Of a stretch of DNA of 64,000 nt, positions 35,952 through 49,169 are shown piece after piece. Position numbers and translations under genes: made by a program. This DNA comes from Microbotryum violaceum (taxonomy: Eukaryota). Every line of letters starts with the position of its first letter. Within the stretch, counting starts at the first letter, position 1. The stretch is taken from positions 806,001-870,000 of the forward strand of contig CDLV01000013.1 in assembly GCA_001244265.2 (NCBI GenBank), written 5' to 3'. The notes below the pieces were generated by a model, which was given only the letters and a program-made list of their open reading frames with translations, did not search any database and had not been told where the DNA came from.

Positions 35952-38900
35952 TCACTCCCCAACGTCCAAGGCGAATAGATCGATCAGGTACTCGTTGTAC
36001 ATCCGCCTTGACCGGTCCCCCCCACTCGCACTCAGCGGTGCTCCATCCGGTCCCGTGCCTGACCCTGCCCCAGCACCTCCCATCAATCCCATCGTCGTCC
36101 CATCCTTGGACGATTGATCGACACCGCACATCAAGTTCAACAAAGCCTTATAATCCTCAAAGTCGTACTTGATTGTACCCTCCCGAATCGCATCCAGCAT
36201 CTCCTTGGGTCCTCGACCGAACACGTCCCAAAATTTCCGTGAACGATCAAAGTTGACCTGTAGCGGAGCGTCGCCGAGGTTTTTGAGGTTTTGTTGTAGG
36301 GCAAGGATGTTGCGAAGCATTTTTTTAAGACCGAACTGGTTTGCTAGACGGATGTGACGCGCGTTCGAAATGAGCAGTTGGTCCATGAGCAGCGAGAGGC
36401 CCTCGAAGATGAACCTAGGACCAGGAGGAATTTGCGGTCAGTCGAAACGCACGCTTTTTTTTTGCGTCAAGAGTCGACTCACTTTCGTTCCGGCTCTGCT
36501 AGTGTGGTTGCTGCACACTCGTCACACTCGGCCAGATCCGAGTTCAGATCGACCACGCTCGGATCGGGTTCGGCGATGTCCTCTGCGAGCTGGTACACGC
36601 CATCCCTTGTCGCCTTGTCCAGGTAATGGATCGTCCTAAGGCGAATCTCAAGTCGCAGGGTGAAGAGGACCAGATTCGCGAGCTGGCGGTAGGACTTGAG
36701 CAGTGAGTCGAAAGGTCTGAAGGAATCGAAAATTCAAGATGTCAGTAAGTTCTGCTGCTATGCGAAAACCCACCAGAAGTGCGACCCACTTTGACATCTC
36801 ACTCGTCAGAGGTAAAGAAAACGGTCGAGTAGGAGAGTGTCCATCGTCGGATTGGTCGAGGACAGGTGAAGACGGGGACGTATCATCGCCGAGGGTGCTC
36901 CCGTTCGGTCTGTCGGTCACGTGCTTTAGGGCTGAGATGTGAGCGATGAAGCAGTCCTATGGATAGCGCGGCATCAGAAGTGTCCCCAGGATGATCAGAC
37001 AGCTGAAAGACTTCTTCCCACCAGCGATACTCACCAGACTCGAGTAGAGTGTCCCCAATGCCATCAGCTTCTTCGACGGTGTGATCAAATCTTCCGAGTT
37101 GACGAGGCTGTTACGCTTCTTGTCCAACTCGATCTTAGTCTCGCGCCTCAGTGCCGCGCTGGCAGCTTCTGTGTTGCCCGGCATCGCAGCATGAAGATCG
37201 GCAAGAGTTGCATTCAGCTCAGGCAACGATGCCCAATTTGCCGACGTCTTGAGCTGCATAGCCTTGGAGTTCGAACCAGCTGCCGATTCATGATTCTCGC
37301 GGGCCGTGAGGTCCTTGAACCTCTCGTTGCAGCGTTGATAGAATTGATGAATGACGCTAATGATGAGGTGCGAATACGACTCGCGATGGAAAGGCGTCGC
37401 TTGAAGCATGGATGTCAACGACGTAATGAGCATCATGAGGTTCGAGACCGATTTGACGATGGGGACGCGTGAGACCTTCTTGTAGTTCGGGTCTTCTTGG
37501 AACGCATCGAGCCCGCCGACGGCCTGGTGGAAGACGTGTGTAACCTTTTCTTCGAGCTGCGGCAAAAAAGTGCGCACGACGAAGTCGTCGAGGAAGCCTC
37601 CGAACCCACCCGCGCCATCGTGGTCGGCAACCAGACCTCCGGGCATGACCTCGCGCACTCGTGAGAGAAAGGAAAGCGTGGGCCCGAACAGGACCGAGAC
37701 ATTGAACGCATCCGCCGAGACGAGGGCTTTGTGCGTTCCGGCCAGCCCAGAACGAGCACCACCAGCCCCGTACCGGTCATCGCTCCCTAGTGTTATCCCC
37801 GAGGATTGGGAAAAGTTGGCACCGTCGGTCATCAGTCCGGGAAGTACGAGCTTGAGCGTCCGGTTGAGCTCTTCCTCGTGGATTTTTAAGGCTTTGGACG
37901 AGGCTTTGAGATCCGAGTCAGCAAATTTGAAGATTTGCTGTGGGAGAATGATACCAATCCGAGCATCTTGTCAGCTGTGTCTCTCGACAGAGGCGTCTGG
38001 CCTACGGATGTGCATTAACCTTGCGATAATCTCTCGGCCGAGCAAGGCGTAACACCTCGTTCACCGAAACGATAGGATTGCGCGACGACACCGTCCCCGA
38101 CTGATCGTCCGTCAGGTAATCATGTAGCAGCGACCGCACTTCCTGCTGTACAGGTTTCCAGATGTCCATCAACGAGAAGAGCAAATTCCCCGATGATGAT
38201 TTGACGATGGCCGAGTCCTTGAAATCCCTTCGCTCCGTGATGCGTAACGAGACCTCGTACGCGACGCGAAACCCTTGCAGCACCGCATCGAGTTTCGAGT
38301 ACAAGGTCCAAAAGAAATCCTTGAGCGTTTCGACGTTGGATTCGAGAGCCGTCGTCTCGCTTGCGGTCAACCGCAGCGAACTCGTTCGGTTTCTTACTCC
38401 GTTAGGTAGCGATAGCGACGACAAGGAAGCCAATGGCCCTCGCTGCTCCTGGAGGTTCATGCCAGTCGAAGCGGAGGTCGGAGAGAGCAGCGATTGGGGT
38501 CGATTGACACCAGCGATCATTGACGCCTGCTTGGTCGAATCGTTGCGCTCATCGACCTCCTCCACGGTCGTTTCAACAAGCTGGAACATCTCCCCTTGCA
38601 CACGCTGCGAGATCGCATCCAGACCGTAGCCAAGCTTGCCTAGACATGCCAAACACTCCATCAACATCTCGATGTAAGCGAACGAGTCCAGTTCAAGGTT
38701 TTTCTTCGGCCGTTGCTTGTCACCGCTCGATTCGAACTTGTCGCCTCCGAGAGGGATCCCTGTACCATCGAGGCCGACGGACCCATCATCTGCGGTCGGG
38801 CTTAAGCTGTCGTGTATATCGTCGATGGGTTCGTCCAGTAGCGGATTGATGGAAGGTCGTAAAGAGAGGTAATTAAGGTATCGGTGCAGTTTGGTCAAAC

Positions 38901-40624
38901 GCGGCAATCGGGCTGTCGAACGACCCGAGGAGTGGAACGAGGGTTCAAGATGAGACGGTGCGCCAGCCGTTTCGACATCTTCTCCGAAATCGACCACGGG
39001 CAAGCTCGTCTGTCCCCGCGAGTAAGGTTTCCATCGCACGTCGCAATAGAAGCTTTTAAGGTAGAGATGGTTGTGAAGTTCCTCGATCAGGATTTCGAGC
39101 ATCACGCCTTCTTGCAGGACGAGCCAGCTCCGCAAATCCGTGAGCGCGCCGATTTCCATCATCTCGGGTTTGCTGATCGTCTTCAGTGACCGGACGAGCA
39201 GCACGACGGCGGACAGGAAGCGTTTTTCGGACAATAAGAGCTCGAGTCGATCAGGAATGGACCGGAAATGGTCGCTGCAAACATACGGGACAGATTCGCG
39301 TCAGTTTCGCAGAGCTGGCCATGTCCGTTCTGCCCAGAGCTCACATTTCGTCGAGAAGCTTGAGCATTTCCTCCAAATGGCTCATCCGGTTGTAAAGCCC
39401 AAACAAACCTTCCCTCCCTTTTCCCTCGAGCATCTCTCTCGCATCAACGAGCGATTTGCGCAGATCAACGATCTGCTTCTGGTTCGCCGTCAAGCTCTGC
39501 ACGGTCGAGTTGTGGGTCGAGATACTCGTCTCGAAGGCGCGATAGCTCGACGTCGAAGCTGCATCTCCGTCACTCAGAGTCGCCATAATAGCATGATCAA
39601 GATCATCTTTCATCCTTAAGAACGATGACAGCGAATTGTTGATCCCATGATTCGAGGGGTCCAACAAGCCGAGCGCGAGCGAAACAGGGTCGAACTCTTC
39701 CGCCTGTCGACCCCCAGCCTCAAGGCTCGTGCCGAGAGTCATGACGGGCCATTCTTGTACGACCTTGCGCAGTACGGCCTCGACTTCCCGGAATGCAGGG
39801 GTGTCGGGGTACTCGTTCGGATCGAGTGCGGTCGAGTGAACCTTGACTCCCTTTTCGTCGGCATCGGCAGCATCGAAACCTTGATCGGCCAAGCCACCTC
39901 GTCGCCCGTCTCTACGCTGGCCAGCACTGGAGAAGGCTGAAACGGCACTCGTCAAGGCCATCGTCGGTTCCGTCACACCCATGACGCCGACGACTTCTTC
40001 GCCGTCATCGCCCTGTCGTGGCGAGCGGGACCGAGACGAAGTCGAGGACCCGTCATCGGAGGACATCGAATCGCGTCGGAAAGCAGGCGAAGGGGTTGCG
40101 CGGGTGTTGGAGGCTGAAGATGGATGCAGTCCATCCTTCTGACTGTGTGGTCGCGAAGAAGATGATTTGATGACGGGGGAGGAGGGGGATCCTTTCCGGA
40201 GCTGGTCCATCATCCGACTCGACTTGTTAGTGACGGCACCATTCCCTGATCCGCCTTCGTCGTAGCCACCATTAGACTGATTGCTACCGCTTCTGACCAT
40301 GACATGCGACGAGTTCATATCATAGGGCCCTCCCCCAAATGAGCCGCCGTGCACGTTGTTCAGGCCCGAAGGCCCGGCACGGTAGGGACCCGCCCCACTT
40401 GGTCGGCGCGAGATGTCTTGGTCCGGGAAGCGACCATCGCTCATTGCTGCAAAGCCAGACGGACTGGATGTGCTCCCGAGTGGTCTCCGGGTTGAGCGCT
40501 CCGGTCGTGAAGGCGCGTGTTCGTCACCATATCGACCGGGCGATTCGGGGGAATGGAATGACGAAGGTGAGGAGGCACCGCTGGTGTGACTCGGCGGCAG
40601 ACGCGAGTTGGGCTGTCTCGACAT
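35952..40624 (-). CDS. SEC8: Exocyst complex component Sec8; multi-exon
   Basis: FDPVSLALGLLD, EEMLKLLDE, EKRFLSAVVLLVRSL, ILIEELHNHLYLKS, LDSFAYIEMLMECL..LGKL, DFFWTLYSKLDAVLQG, IWKPVQQEVRSLLHDYL, LRLEIRLRTIHYL, KKMLRNILALQQNL. Confidence 0.92.
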
Positions 40625-41288
40625 GTCCTAGGCTCGAAGATTGGATAAGGAGTGTCTATTCAATCGAGCGATGGCTTGCGTGTTGGTAGTCGACCGCCCG
40701 GGGATCGGCAGGTGGGGCGGGGTCTCGACCGGAGTACGTGTCTCTGAGAGGGCAGGCGGCGGGCACCCGGTGTTTGCTGAACAGAGAGTGGTCACCAAGC
40801 AAATGATCGAACAGGATCTGGCGTGATACGAGTCCAATCCAGATCCAGATGACACACCAAGCCGCTGATCGGGTCGAGTCGTCTCTCCCTCCCACTACAC
40901 TCGACGCGGCTGGCGATCCAAGGAACACCGGACAAGCCAAAGCGGAGCCGGGCCAAGTGGTGAGGTCGCGTCGGCCGTGGGGCGATTGAGCTGCACCTGG
41001 GCCACCGTTCAGGCTTGTAGGTTGATGCAGCCGATATCAAGAAGCCGTGCCGCTGTTCCCGAGTGCTGCCTGATCGATAGATGCGCTGCACAGCCCTCGG
41101 TGCTGGGCCGGTTGGATAAAGGTAGACCTGCCCCGGCTCGTGGGCACGGACCTACGGGATACGGGATACCCGGCGAGCCCGGCCTCATTTCTTACTCCTC
41201 AGTAGCGAATGCTCAAGTGTTTGGAAAGCAGGGCAATACGTTCGTAAGGCTTACAACAAAATATGTACTCGACCTCCTCCAGAAATAT

Positions 41289-42593
41289 CTACATGTGAGC
41301 CTTTCTATCCGCCTTTTCCCTCACGACCCCATCCTCGCCTTGCTCCAATCGACCATCGACGAAACCCTTAACATCGACACCTGCATCATCAGGTCGATCA
41401 CGCCAAATTGGATCCTTGTCCGAGTCATACACGATTCGACTCGGTGCATCGTCCGAGGCGTTGTCGACTAGTCGGACCCTGTGAGTCAAACGCCACTGAA
41501 CAAGTCAGTCCGCTGCGCTCACCTCCGAGGTAGATCGCACTTGGCGCACCTTCGGACATGAGCAGGCGTTGAGAGCTGCGTCACACATTGCGGTGACTTT
41601 TCCCTCGAGTGTTTGAGCGCATCTGGGTTTGTTATCTGGTCAGTCGGGACGAGAAGCGTTAGGCCGCTGGACGAAAATTATGCGCGATTGGAGAGAAGCA
41701 CTGACCCGTCCGGTAATCTTGGCCCTTCTCTGAGCTCGCTCCAGCATCTTTTCCTCGGGAGCAGTCTGTATGAAGATGACATCAACTCAGCTAAATCCCA
41801 TCAAGTGTGCTCGATGCTCGAACTAAACGCCTGGCGAATGACTCACGACAAAGACAATCTCGCAGTCGTACCCATCGGCGCCATACCGCCTGCAAGGTGT
41901 GCAGGGGCGGATCGTCAGAACCATAAGAACACACATGATAAGCCACGCTATGTAGAGTTTGATTTTGACTCACTTCATCAGCTTGGAGAACCAAGCACAA
42001 TCGCTCAAACTCCCATCCACGACCAAACTCCTCCGCTTGCTCCTAGCGACCTCGGACAGAATCTCCTGCAGCAAAGCCGCCTCGGAATGCAGTTTGTTAC
42101 TCGCCGTCTTTGCATCGGCCCTAAGGTATTGTTCCCGTTCGGGTAATTCTCTAGCCAGAGCATCAGGGTCGACCCAAACGAAATCCCGGGGCAGTCGGAT
42201 CGTGCCATCCTTGAGCATCTCCCGAAGCGTATGACCTTTGCCCGCTCCCATCCCACCGGCCGTGAAGAGTGCCAAGGGCTTGTTGGAATGGTCTGATTCC
42301 TCGGGTCCGTCTGATCGCCTTCGTTCACAATCGCGATGAGCCCGCGCTAGGACGGAACTGAGGATCGAGTCTTGCAAAAGCTGGCGTTCCTTGGTTGGAA
42401 TGCGATGGTACTTCCAATCGAGTTCCTTGCGTTGGGCAGCGTACAGCCCATGATGCGTATCTGAATCGGACAATGAAGACGACGGGGTAGGTCTTGCATA
42501 AAGCTCCGCGGTCGATCGAGTCAGTTGTGCTGGCGTGAGCTCAGGTGGTGGCTCGTTCGTAGACGTAGGCGAGACGATCGACTCGTTCGACAT
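41289..42593 (-). CDS. Zeta-toxin-like P-loop kinase domain protein; 5 exons
   Basis: PLALFTAGGMGAGKGH (Walker A), WVDPDALARELPE, LHSEAALLQE, SLVVDGSL (Walker B-like), MLERAQRRAKITGR (lid-like), VRLVDN; small exons bounded by GT-AG. Confidence 0.7.
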
Positions 42594-43041
42594 GGTGGAT
42601 CTCGAGATAGTTCCGTAGCACTGCTTTCGACCTAGCAAAATCCACGTTGAGCCGCAAGAGCGACGATACACGAGTGGAAGGGACAACGTTGTGAAGGTCA
42701 ATCTTGATCTCGGCCAGCTGAAACGTAAGTAGGGGATGACGTCGAAGACCCGTGTTCTCGGCGGTAGAGAGCACCCGATTGCCCTTGCACTTCACAGACG
42801 ATGGCGTGAGGAAGTGCTGTGCAGAGGAAGAGTTCGCAAATCGGGATCGTCAACGGTAGGCTCAAAGGTGGGGCATGGACTGGAAGAGGAGCGAGTGATC
42901 TAGTGATCACCGGGTCGGGAAGGAACTTGGCCGGTTTGAGAGGGTTTGTGCTCGCTCCATTCGAAATCTCAGCGCCATCGAGGAAAGCACCTGCTGATCG
43001 GATTCAAGATGACAAGCGTCGCTCTAACCAGCTTCATACGT

Positions 43042-45240
43042 CTATGATTGACACAAAACATCTAATTCCTTGAATAACTGAGCCACCTCTGCGTTCCCCT
43101 CAAGCAACTTAGCTTTTCCATTGACCACCTCCTCCAGACCCAGCACCCCAAGCAATTCCTTGACCGGGTCCGCATGTGAACTCTGAAACATCAACAAACC
43201 CAACGTAGCCGCCAGACGATGCACGACCTCGACGCTTTCTTCCTCCTTCGATAAGGCTTCGAAGAGTGCACTCGCCATCTCGACTTGCCATTCTTCATCG
43301 GCGTCGATCGAGGCCAACCCGACCCGACGATCATAGACCCGACTGATGATGGACCAAGCTAGACCGGACCCAGCGCTACGCACGCTCTGATCAGGATCCA
43401 GTAGAGCTCGTACGATGATCCTTGTGACAGTATCAAACGAGGACCGCTCGAGGAGTAAGTTGACCAACGTAGGTGAAGGTAGCATGTTGGAAACGAGGCG
43501 GACGAGCGTGAGGATCAAGGCTTTCTCGCTCGATTCGAGGTCGGTGCACGTTCGCTCAAGTAGTCGTGGGATGAGTGAAGTAAATGCAGTCGAGGCGGAG
43601 AGTCGAGATATGTCCCGAGCTAGGGCTATCCGATAGGTGTCCAAGAGAGGGAACCACTCTTGAGGAGCGAGGGCCTCGAGTGCTTTCTCGGTCGCTGGGA
43701 TCCACGCGTCCGCAGGTAGCGGTGTTGTAGGAGCGACCGGCGGCGCTGGAAGAGCGGCAAGGTAGGCAATGACCCGTTCGGTCAGAACGTCACGAGTCGT
43801 CGAATCTATCTTGTCTTGGTGGTTGTTAAGGCTCGCATCAAGTTTCTTCGCAAGCACGGGTAGTGGAGGGAAGCTAGGGTAGGTGACGGGGGCCAGAGAC
43901 TTGGAGAGCTTCGTGAAAGCCGGGAGGGATAGCTTGGTGTGGGCGTGGGCTATGTGCAAAGATCCGGTCAGTACGTACTTTTCAAGGCTGATCGCAAATG
44001 ATCTGGCTCACCTGGGTAAACCTCCATTTCCAAAAGTTGAACTTGGATCTTTAACTCCTGTCGATCCGCTCCCTGGCACTGTCCAAGTTTTTCGCCCCGA
44101 GCAAAAAAGACGAACGTGGGTGTAGCACGTATCGGTCCCCCGAACGCCGGATCTGATGCAACCTGTGCACCACCACCGAGGCCCATCTCGACCAGGACGA
44201 AAACGATCCGCTTTGGGCCAGCACCGTGGGTTCTCGCCAGCTCTTCAAAGTAGGGCTTGACAGCGTTACAAGGCGGACAACTGTTCGACGTGAACATGAC
44301 CGCAACGGCCGGATTCTCGGACAGAGCAGTCTGCATTGATGCGGGGGATGTACAAATTTGAAGATTCGATCCCATGGACTGCTGAGAAGGAGTCGCAGTG
44401 GAGGAGTTTGAGCCCGTCGTCGGTGGAAGCAGTGACTGAACGGCGTTAGAAGCATCGGGCCGAGCATTGCCTCCTCGGAACATTTGGTCGATCATGGGAC
44501 GCATGTTGCGACCGAAAGGCGTGCTCATAATCTCGCTCGGCAGATTCCGGATGTCTTCCGGGATCTGGTTCCCGTTCCTGCAGCCGTCCGACGTTTTCAG
44601 TCACCGTCCGCAACCCTTCAAAACGTGCATGGTGTACGGGGCACCTACAGGAAACCAAGGACGTCATTTGTGAACGTGTTGCAGTTGAAGTCGAGCAAAT
44701 GGTATCGATCCGCCGAGTAAACCCCACGCATGCCCTGAATATATCTGCGCGACCAGCGGGGAAGCACGAGCATCATTTAGTCGACTCCAGAGGATGATAC
44801 AACGATCTCGGTAATGCTGAGCGTACTCCAAAAAGGTGTCGCGGTCTATCTGGGTGGACCCCATCGAGAGTTGTTTCACCGGCCGACCATGCTGTACAAC
44901 CGGAGAGGATAGGGGTCAGACTCAACCCCAGGAAGCGCAGGCTAGTCGTCTTACATGGGTCGTGCCAGGTGGGGAGACGATATCGATTCCTTGTCCGTAA
45001 AAAACTTCCATCCCATGCAAAACCAGCGATGTGTGCCTGTTCGTACAGCAAGGTAGACGTCATCGTCAGTGTCCTCGTCACGGCCACGTAAGCGCGTGTG
45101 ACAACCTTCCTCCTGCAAGACATGATCTCGACGCACCAGATTCCTTCAACATCACGGCCTGTCAACATTCTCCCCCATTGCTTCGCCATCCCGTTGCTGA
45201 GGTCATACACGTACAACGAGACCGGCTCGGCGGCGACCAT
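43042..45240 (-). CDS. PPPDE/DeSI peptidase - thioredoxin - PUL domain protein; multi-exon
   Basis: VSLYVYDLSNGMA...EGIW/HTSLV (catalytic His), YHLLDFNCNTF (catalytic Cys), STPFG; thioredoxin FTSNSCPPC...IRATPTFVFF; helical C-terminus FPLLDTYR, EEWQVEMASALFEAL, VHRLAATLG. Confidence 0.85.
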
Positions 45241-45584
45241 GATTCCAGTCGTCTGTTCTCGGATGACGTGTGGGGTCGACGATTTCGATGTGGGGTCGAG
45301 CAATTGGTGATGCTGATGGATGCACAGCTCTTTCGAAAGCAACTCGGTCCAGTCCGAGCTGGTGATTTGAAGACCCAACAGCCAAAGTGGGAAGGGACGC
45401 AGTGAGGGTGCTGAGGGTACAAGTGGGCTGGGGCTTGCGAAGCGCACAAGTCCGCCGAGCGCCCAAGGCACGGGCCTCCTCGTGACATCGAAGCAGATCG
45501 AAGCGATTGGCCATTCACGAAACGGGACAGGGGCTTCACGCGCATGCTGATGACACATTACAAAAAACGCCGCCACAATGGTTC

Positions 45585-48342
45585 TCAATTTCTGTATATC
45601 CCATCAGCCACTTTGGCAACATCGACCATTGCTTCGACATCATGCACCCGAACGATCTCGGCCCCTCCGGCGATACTGGCCGTCACCCCCGCGGCGGTAC
45701 CCAACACCCGATCCTTGGCCACGTCTTTCCCCGTCAACGTCCCGATGAATCGTTTCCTCGATAGTCCCACTAGGCTAGGAAATTGACGCAACAAGGTCGA
45801 ATCGTGGTCATCATACTCGGCGGAATCGCCGACTTCCTGTCGACCGAGTACTTCGGGCAACCTTCGCAGCAGTGCGAGATTGTCCGCTCCCGTCTTGGCG
45901 AAACCGATTCCCGGATCGACGATGATGTTCCACCTCTTGACACCCGCATCCAAAGCTTCTTGGATACGCTGGGCAAGCTCTCGTCGCACGCCAGCCACAA
46001 CGTCACCGGCCTCGTAATCCGTCATCTTTGACATTGTCGCTGGCGTGCCCCGCGAGTGCATCAACACAACGGGGACGTCAGCGGCGGCCATCACTTCAAG
46101 CATGCCCTCGCTCGCACCCCCATCACGTCGTTGATGATGTCGGCACCAGCGATGACGGCGGCTTTGGCGACCGAAGGGCGGAAGGTATCGATCGAGAGAG
46201 GGTTCGTCACTCCTCGCTCCCGCAGCGCCTTGATGAGAGGCACGACGCGAGCTTCTTCTTCTTCTGGGGTCACATCCGCAGCACCTGGCCGTGTACTCAT
46301 CCCTCCAATGTCCAAGATGTCGGCTCCGGCAGCAAGGTGACCCAGCGCAGTGGCTACAGAGGCTTCGAGATCGACATTGTCGCCGCCATCAGAGAAAGAG
46401 TCCGGTGTCGTGTTGATGATCGACATAACCAAAGTCCGCCGCAGGGGCAAGGTTGGTGCCAGCGAGGCCGACAGAGGCATGACCCTCTTGAGCGTTGACG
46501 GGCCGATCGAAAGTGCGTACAGCAAGCCGGACGTCGTTTGGCCCATTTTCGGGTGTCGAAAGTGCGGATTCAAGTCGACGAGAGGCCGCAGAACAAACTC
46601 GCGCTCGGCGATACTCGCATGTGGGATTTGAAGCCACCTGTCTTCGGGAGTGACGACGGTCGTCGTCGTCTGCCGCGAGTCAAATACAAGGTCATCGTAG
46701 AATAACACGTCCAGGTCGATGATCCGTGGCCCGTTGCGGATCGTCTTCTGCCGGCCAAGCCTATCCTCGACCGACTTGAGCGCGTGGAGCAGAGGCAGAG
46801 GTTCCAGCGTGGTTTCGATCTGGCCCAGTGCCGTCGGGGCACCCCAAGTCAGCGGGTTGTTACGTATTCTCGTCAGGTATATCAGCTCACCTCTACAGCA
46901 GCATTGAGAAACTTTGCCTGCTCCTCGACGTACATCGCCTCGCTCTCGTAGAGGAAGCTGGTACCGACCACTCTCGTCTTGTGCCCATTCTGACTCCCGA
47001 TGACACCGAGCTCTTTCAATGCCTCTGAAATGTTATGAACCCTTTGCCCCATATTCGTACCAACTCCAAGCACGACACGGTGTGGTTCACCACCTTCCTC
47101 CACGATTTCAGTCGCAGCTGTGGACTGACTGGACGAGCTCTCCGCCGTGGCACTCGTTCCCGCGCTCCAAGCGTCGGTCGCCAGCCCCCGTGCACTTGAT
47201 GCTCGAAGTGCCCCATTGGCGTCGAAGAAGTCCTTTCTATCACGAGTCACTTGCACGGAAGGATATTTCGCGAACATGAGGGCCGATGGCTTGGATACTC
47301 GCACACTCGTCCGTGGGACGTTCCAGCTAAGCGGCAGCGAGGTTGTCGAGCAGGTCGGTGGAGTGACGATCAGTTGAGCGAGAGATGTGGTGATGTGTTC
47401 GATTGTCAAGGGCTGAGATATGCTCAGTTGCTGTTTCGAGGAAAGAAGAGAGGGGTGAAAAGTCAGCTTGGACTAGGAGGGATTGAGAGATGGGAGATTG
47501 GGCACAAAGACAGGCCCTTCCGCGGGCCTGCAACTGCCATCGAAACTCACCTCCTCCACCTTCTTGACGACCTGTCGCCATGCCCTCCATTCACGGCGGG
47601 CCCCATTCTTCAAGCGATGTGCGACCATGAAAACCTCTTGATTGGCTAAAAAGTCGAGATCAACGATGACCTCTTGCTCTTCAAGGCGTTCGCAAGCGTT
47701 GATGCCGATGATGATGAAGCGGCGCAGACCTCGGATGAAGAGCTTGTCGTGAGCAAGGTTGGGCGACGAGGGATCCAAAGTCAAGGCTTCGATCGAAACT
47801 GAAGGATCGGTATCCGCAGGAGCAGTGTAATCGGCACGTGTGCGGAAGATGTCCACCCCAAGTGACTCGGCGGTGAGCAAGGCTCGTGGGCGAATGAGTT
47901 CGAGGCGAACGCAAGGCGCGTTGGATCGGAAGAGAACAACCTTGGCAAGAAGCTCTGCGATTGCTTCGAGAGGGTGGCCACCGAAGGAGTCGAGATCCAG
48001 GTTGAGTTCGTCGGATGAAGACGGAGAAGGAGGTAAGGGTGCGAGCTCGGCGACGGCCTTCTCGATCGCCTTAGTGACGGTGCCGTAGTTGAGCGACGAT
48101 CCTAGCAGCGAGTCGGTCGAGGCTTCGTCCTGCACGTCGGTATGGATCCACAGCGAGAGAAAGAGCGGTTGCGCCTTGCTCGGTCGTTGCCAAAGATCCT
48201 GTTCGAGGCTCGAAGTTCGCAGTGCCAAGGAGGTGATCTGGATCAGGTCGCGAGAGGGGAGTGAAGCTGACGGATGTTGCATCATCGGAGCATACCGGTG
48301 TGGAATTCCGTGCGTTATTCTGTCGGATCGAATCAAGACCAT
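45585..48342 (-). CDS. FOL1: Trifunctional folate synthesis protein (two DHNA domains, HPPK, DHPS); apparent 1-nt frameshift at 46117-46121
   Basis: DHNA SLNYGTVTKAIE and IIGINACERLEEQEVIVDL; HPPK VVLGVGTNMG, TSFLYESEAMYVEEQAKFLNAA, NGPRIIDLD, IPHASIAEREFVLRPL; DHPS IINTTPDSFSDGG, SIDTFRP, VLMHSRG, DPGIGFAK, SRKRFIG, VRVHDV. Start may be 48285. Confidence 0.92.
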
Positions 48343-49169
48343 GACGTCAGTGTTGAGGTTGCTCTACCGGAGACGGCGGCGATCCAGCCAAGCTTGAGAC
48401 AAGCGGGAGCTAAGTCGGGTGTTGATGGTGATCCACTACGATGCCACCGAGGCCAGTAGCTGGAGTCTTAACATGCCGACGCGACATTTCTTACGTGTTG
48501 AGTGTCACGCTTCGCAAGAATCGAGTGCGCCAACAACTTGAAAGTGGCCGACGGAATAGCTTGGCGAGCGAGCAAGCTTTGGGGAACGAGCTGTCCCGGC
48601 CGCTCGAGCAGTGGTGGGGATGCCGATGCGACGCTCGTCCTTGCTAGCACCCATGAAAGCCCAGTCTGAGGCGCGTAGGTAAAATCCGGGAAAATCGCTA
48701 ATTTTGGACCTCATTTGTCCACCATTTTTTAGAATTTTCGCCCAAAAAAGTCCCCCAAATGTCCAGTCCATCTACGCGCCTCAAAACATAGCTCTAGATT
48801 CGCTTCAAATACTCTAAAACATCTTCAAAAATCGCGAAAACGCCGTCGACTACATCGTAAGAGCGCAATGCGAGCCGAAATAGCTGGGATGGAGTCGGAT
48901 TTGCAGCATAAGAACCAGGCATCCCGTAACAAACGGGATGGGTTGAAAATCTACCCACGAGAGACCATAGATAACAAAGTAAAGGAAAGAAATAGACCAA
49001 CAAGGCTGTTTTTGTATTTATTTATTTTGAAGGGTGGGTGGGAGGAGACGAAGATAGAACGACTATGCTTGTAAAGCGCGATTCTATTAGTACTCGGAAT
49101 ACTGCAAAAACTCTGAGGACTATGGCATACCTATGCTTGTAAAGCGTGTCGCTTGGAGACAAGAAGACA

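Noticed and set aside
46107-46121. Programmed -1 frameshift or 11-nt intron in FOL1
   Set aside because: No canonical X XXY YYZ slippery heptamer in frame, and 11 nt is below spliceosomal intron size; a homopolymer error is more parsimonious.
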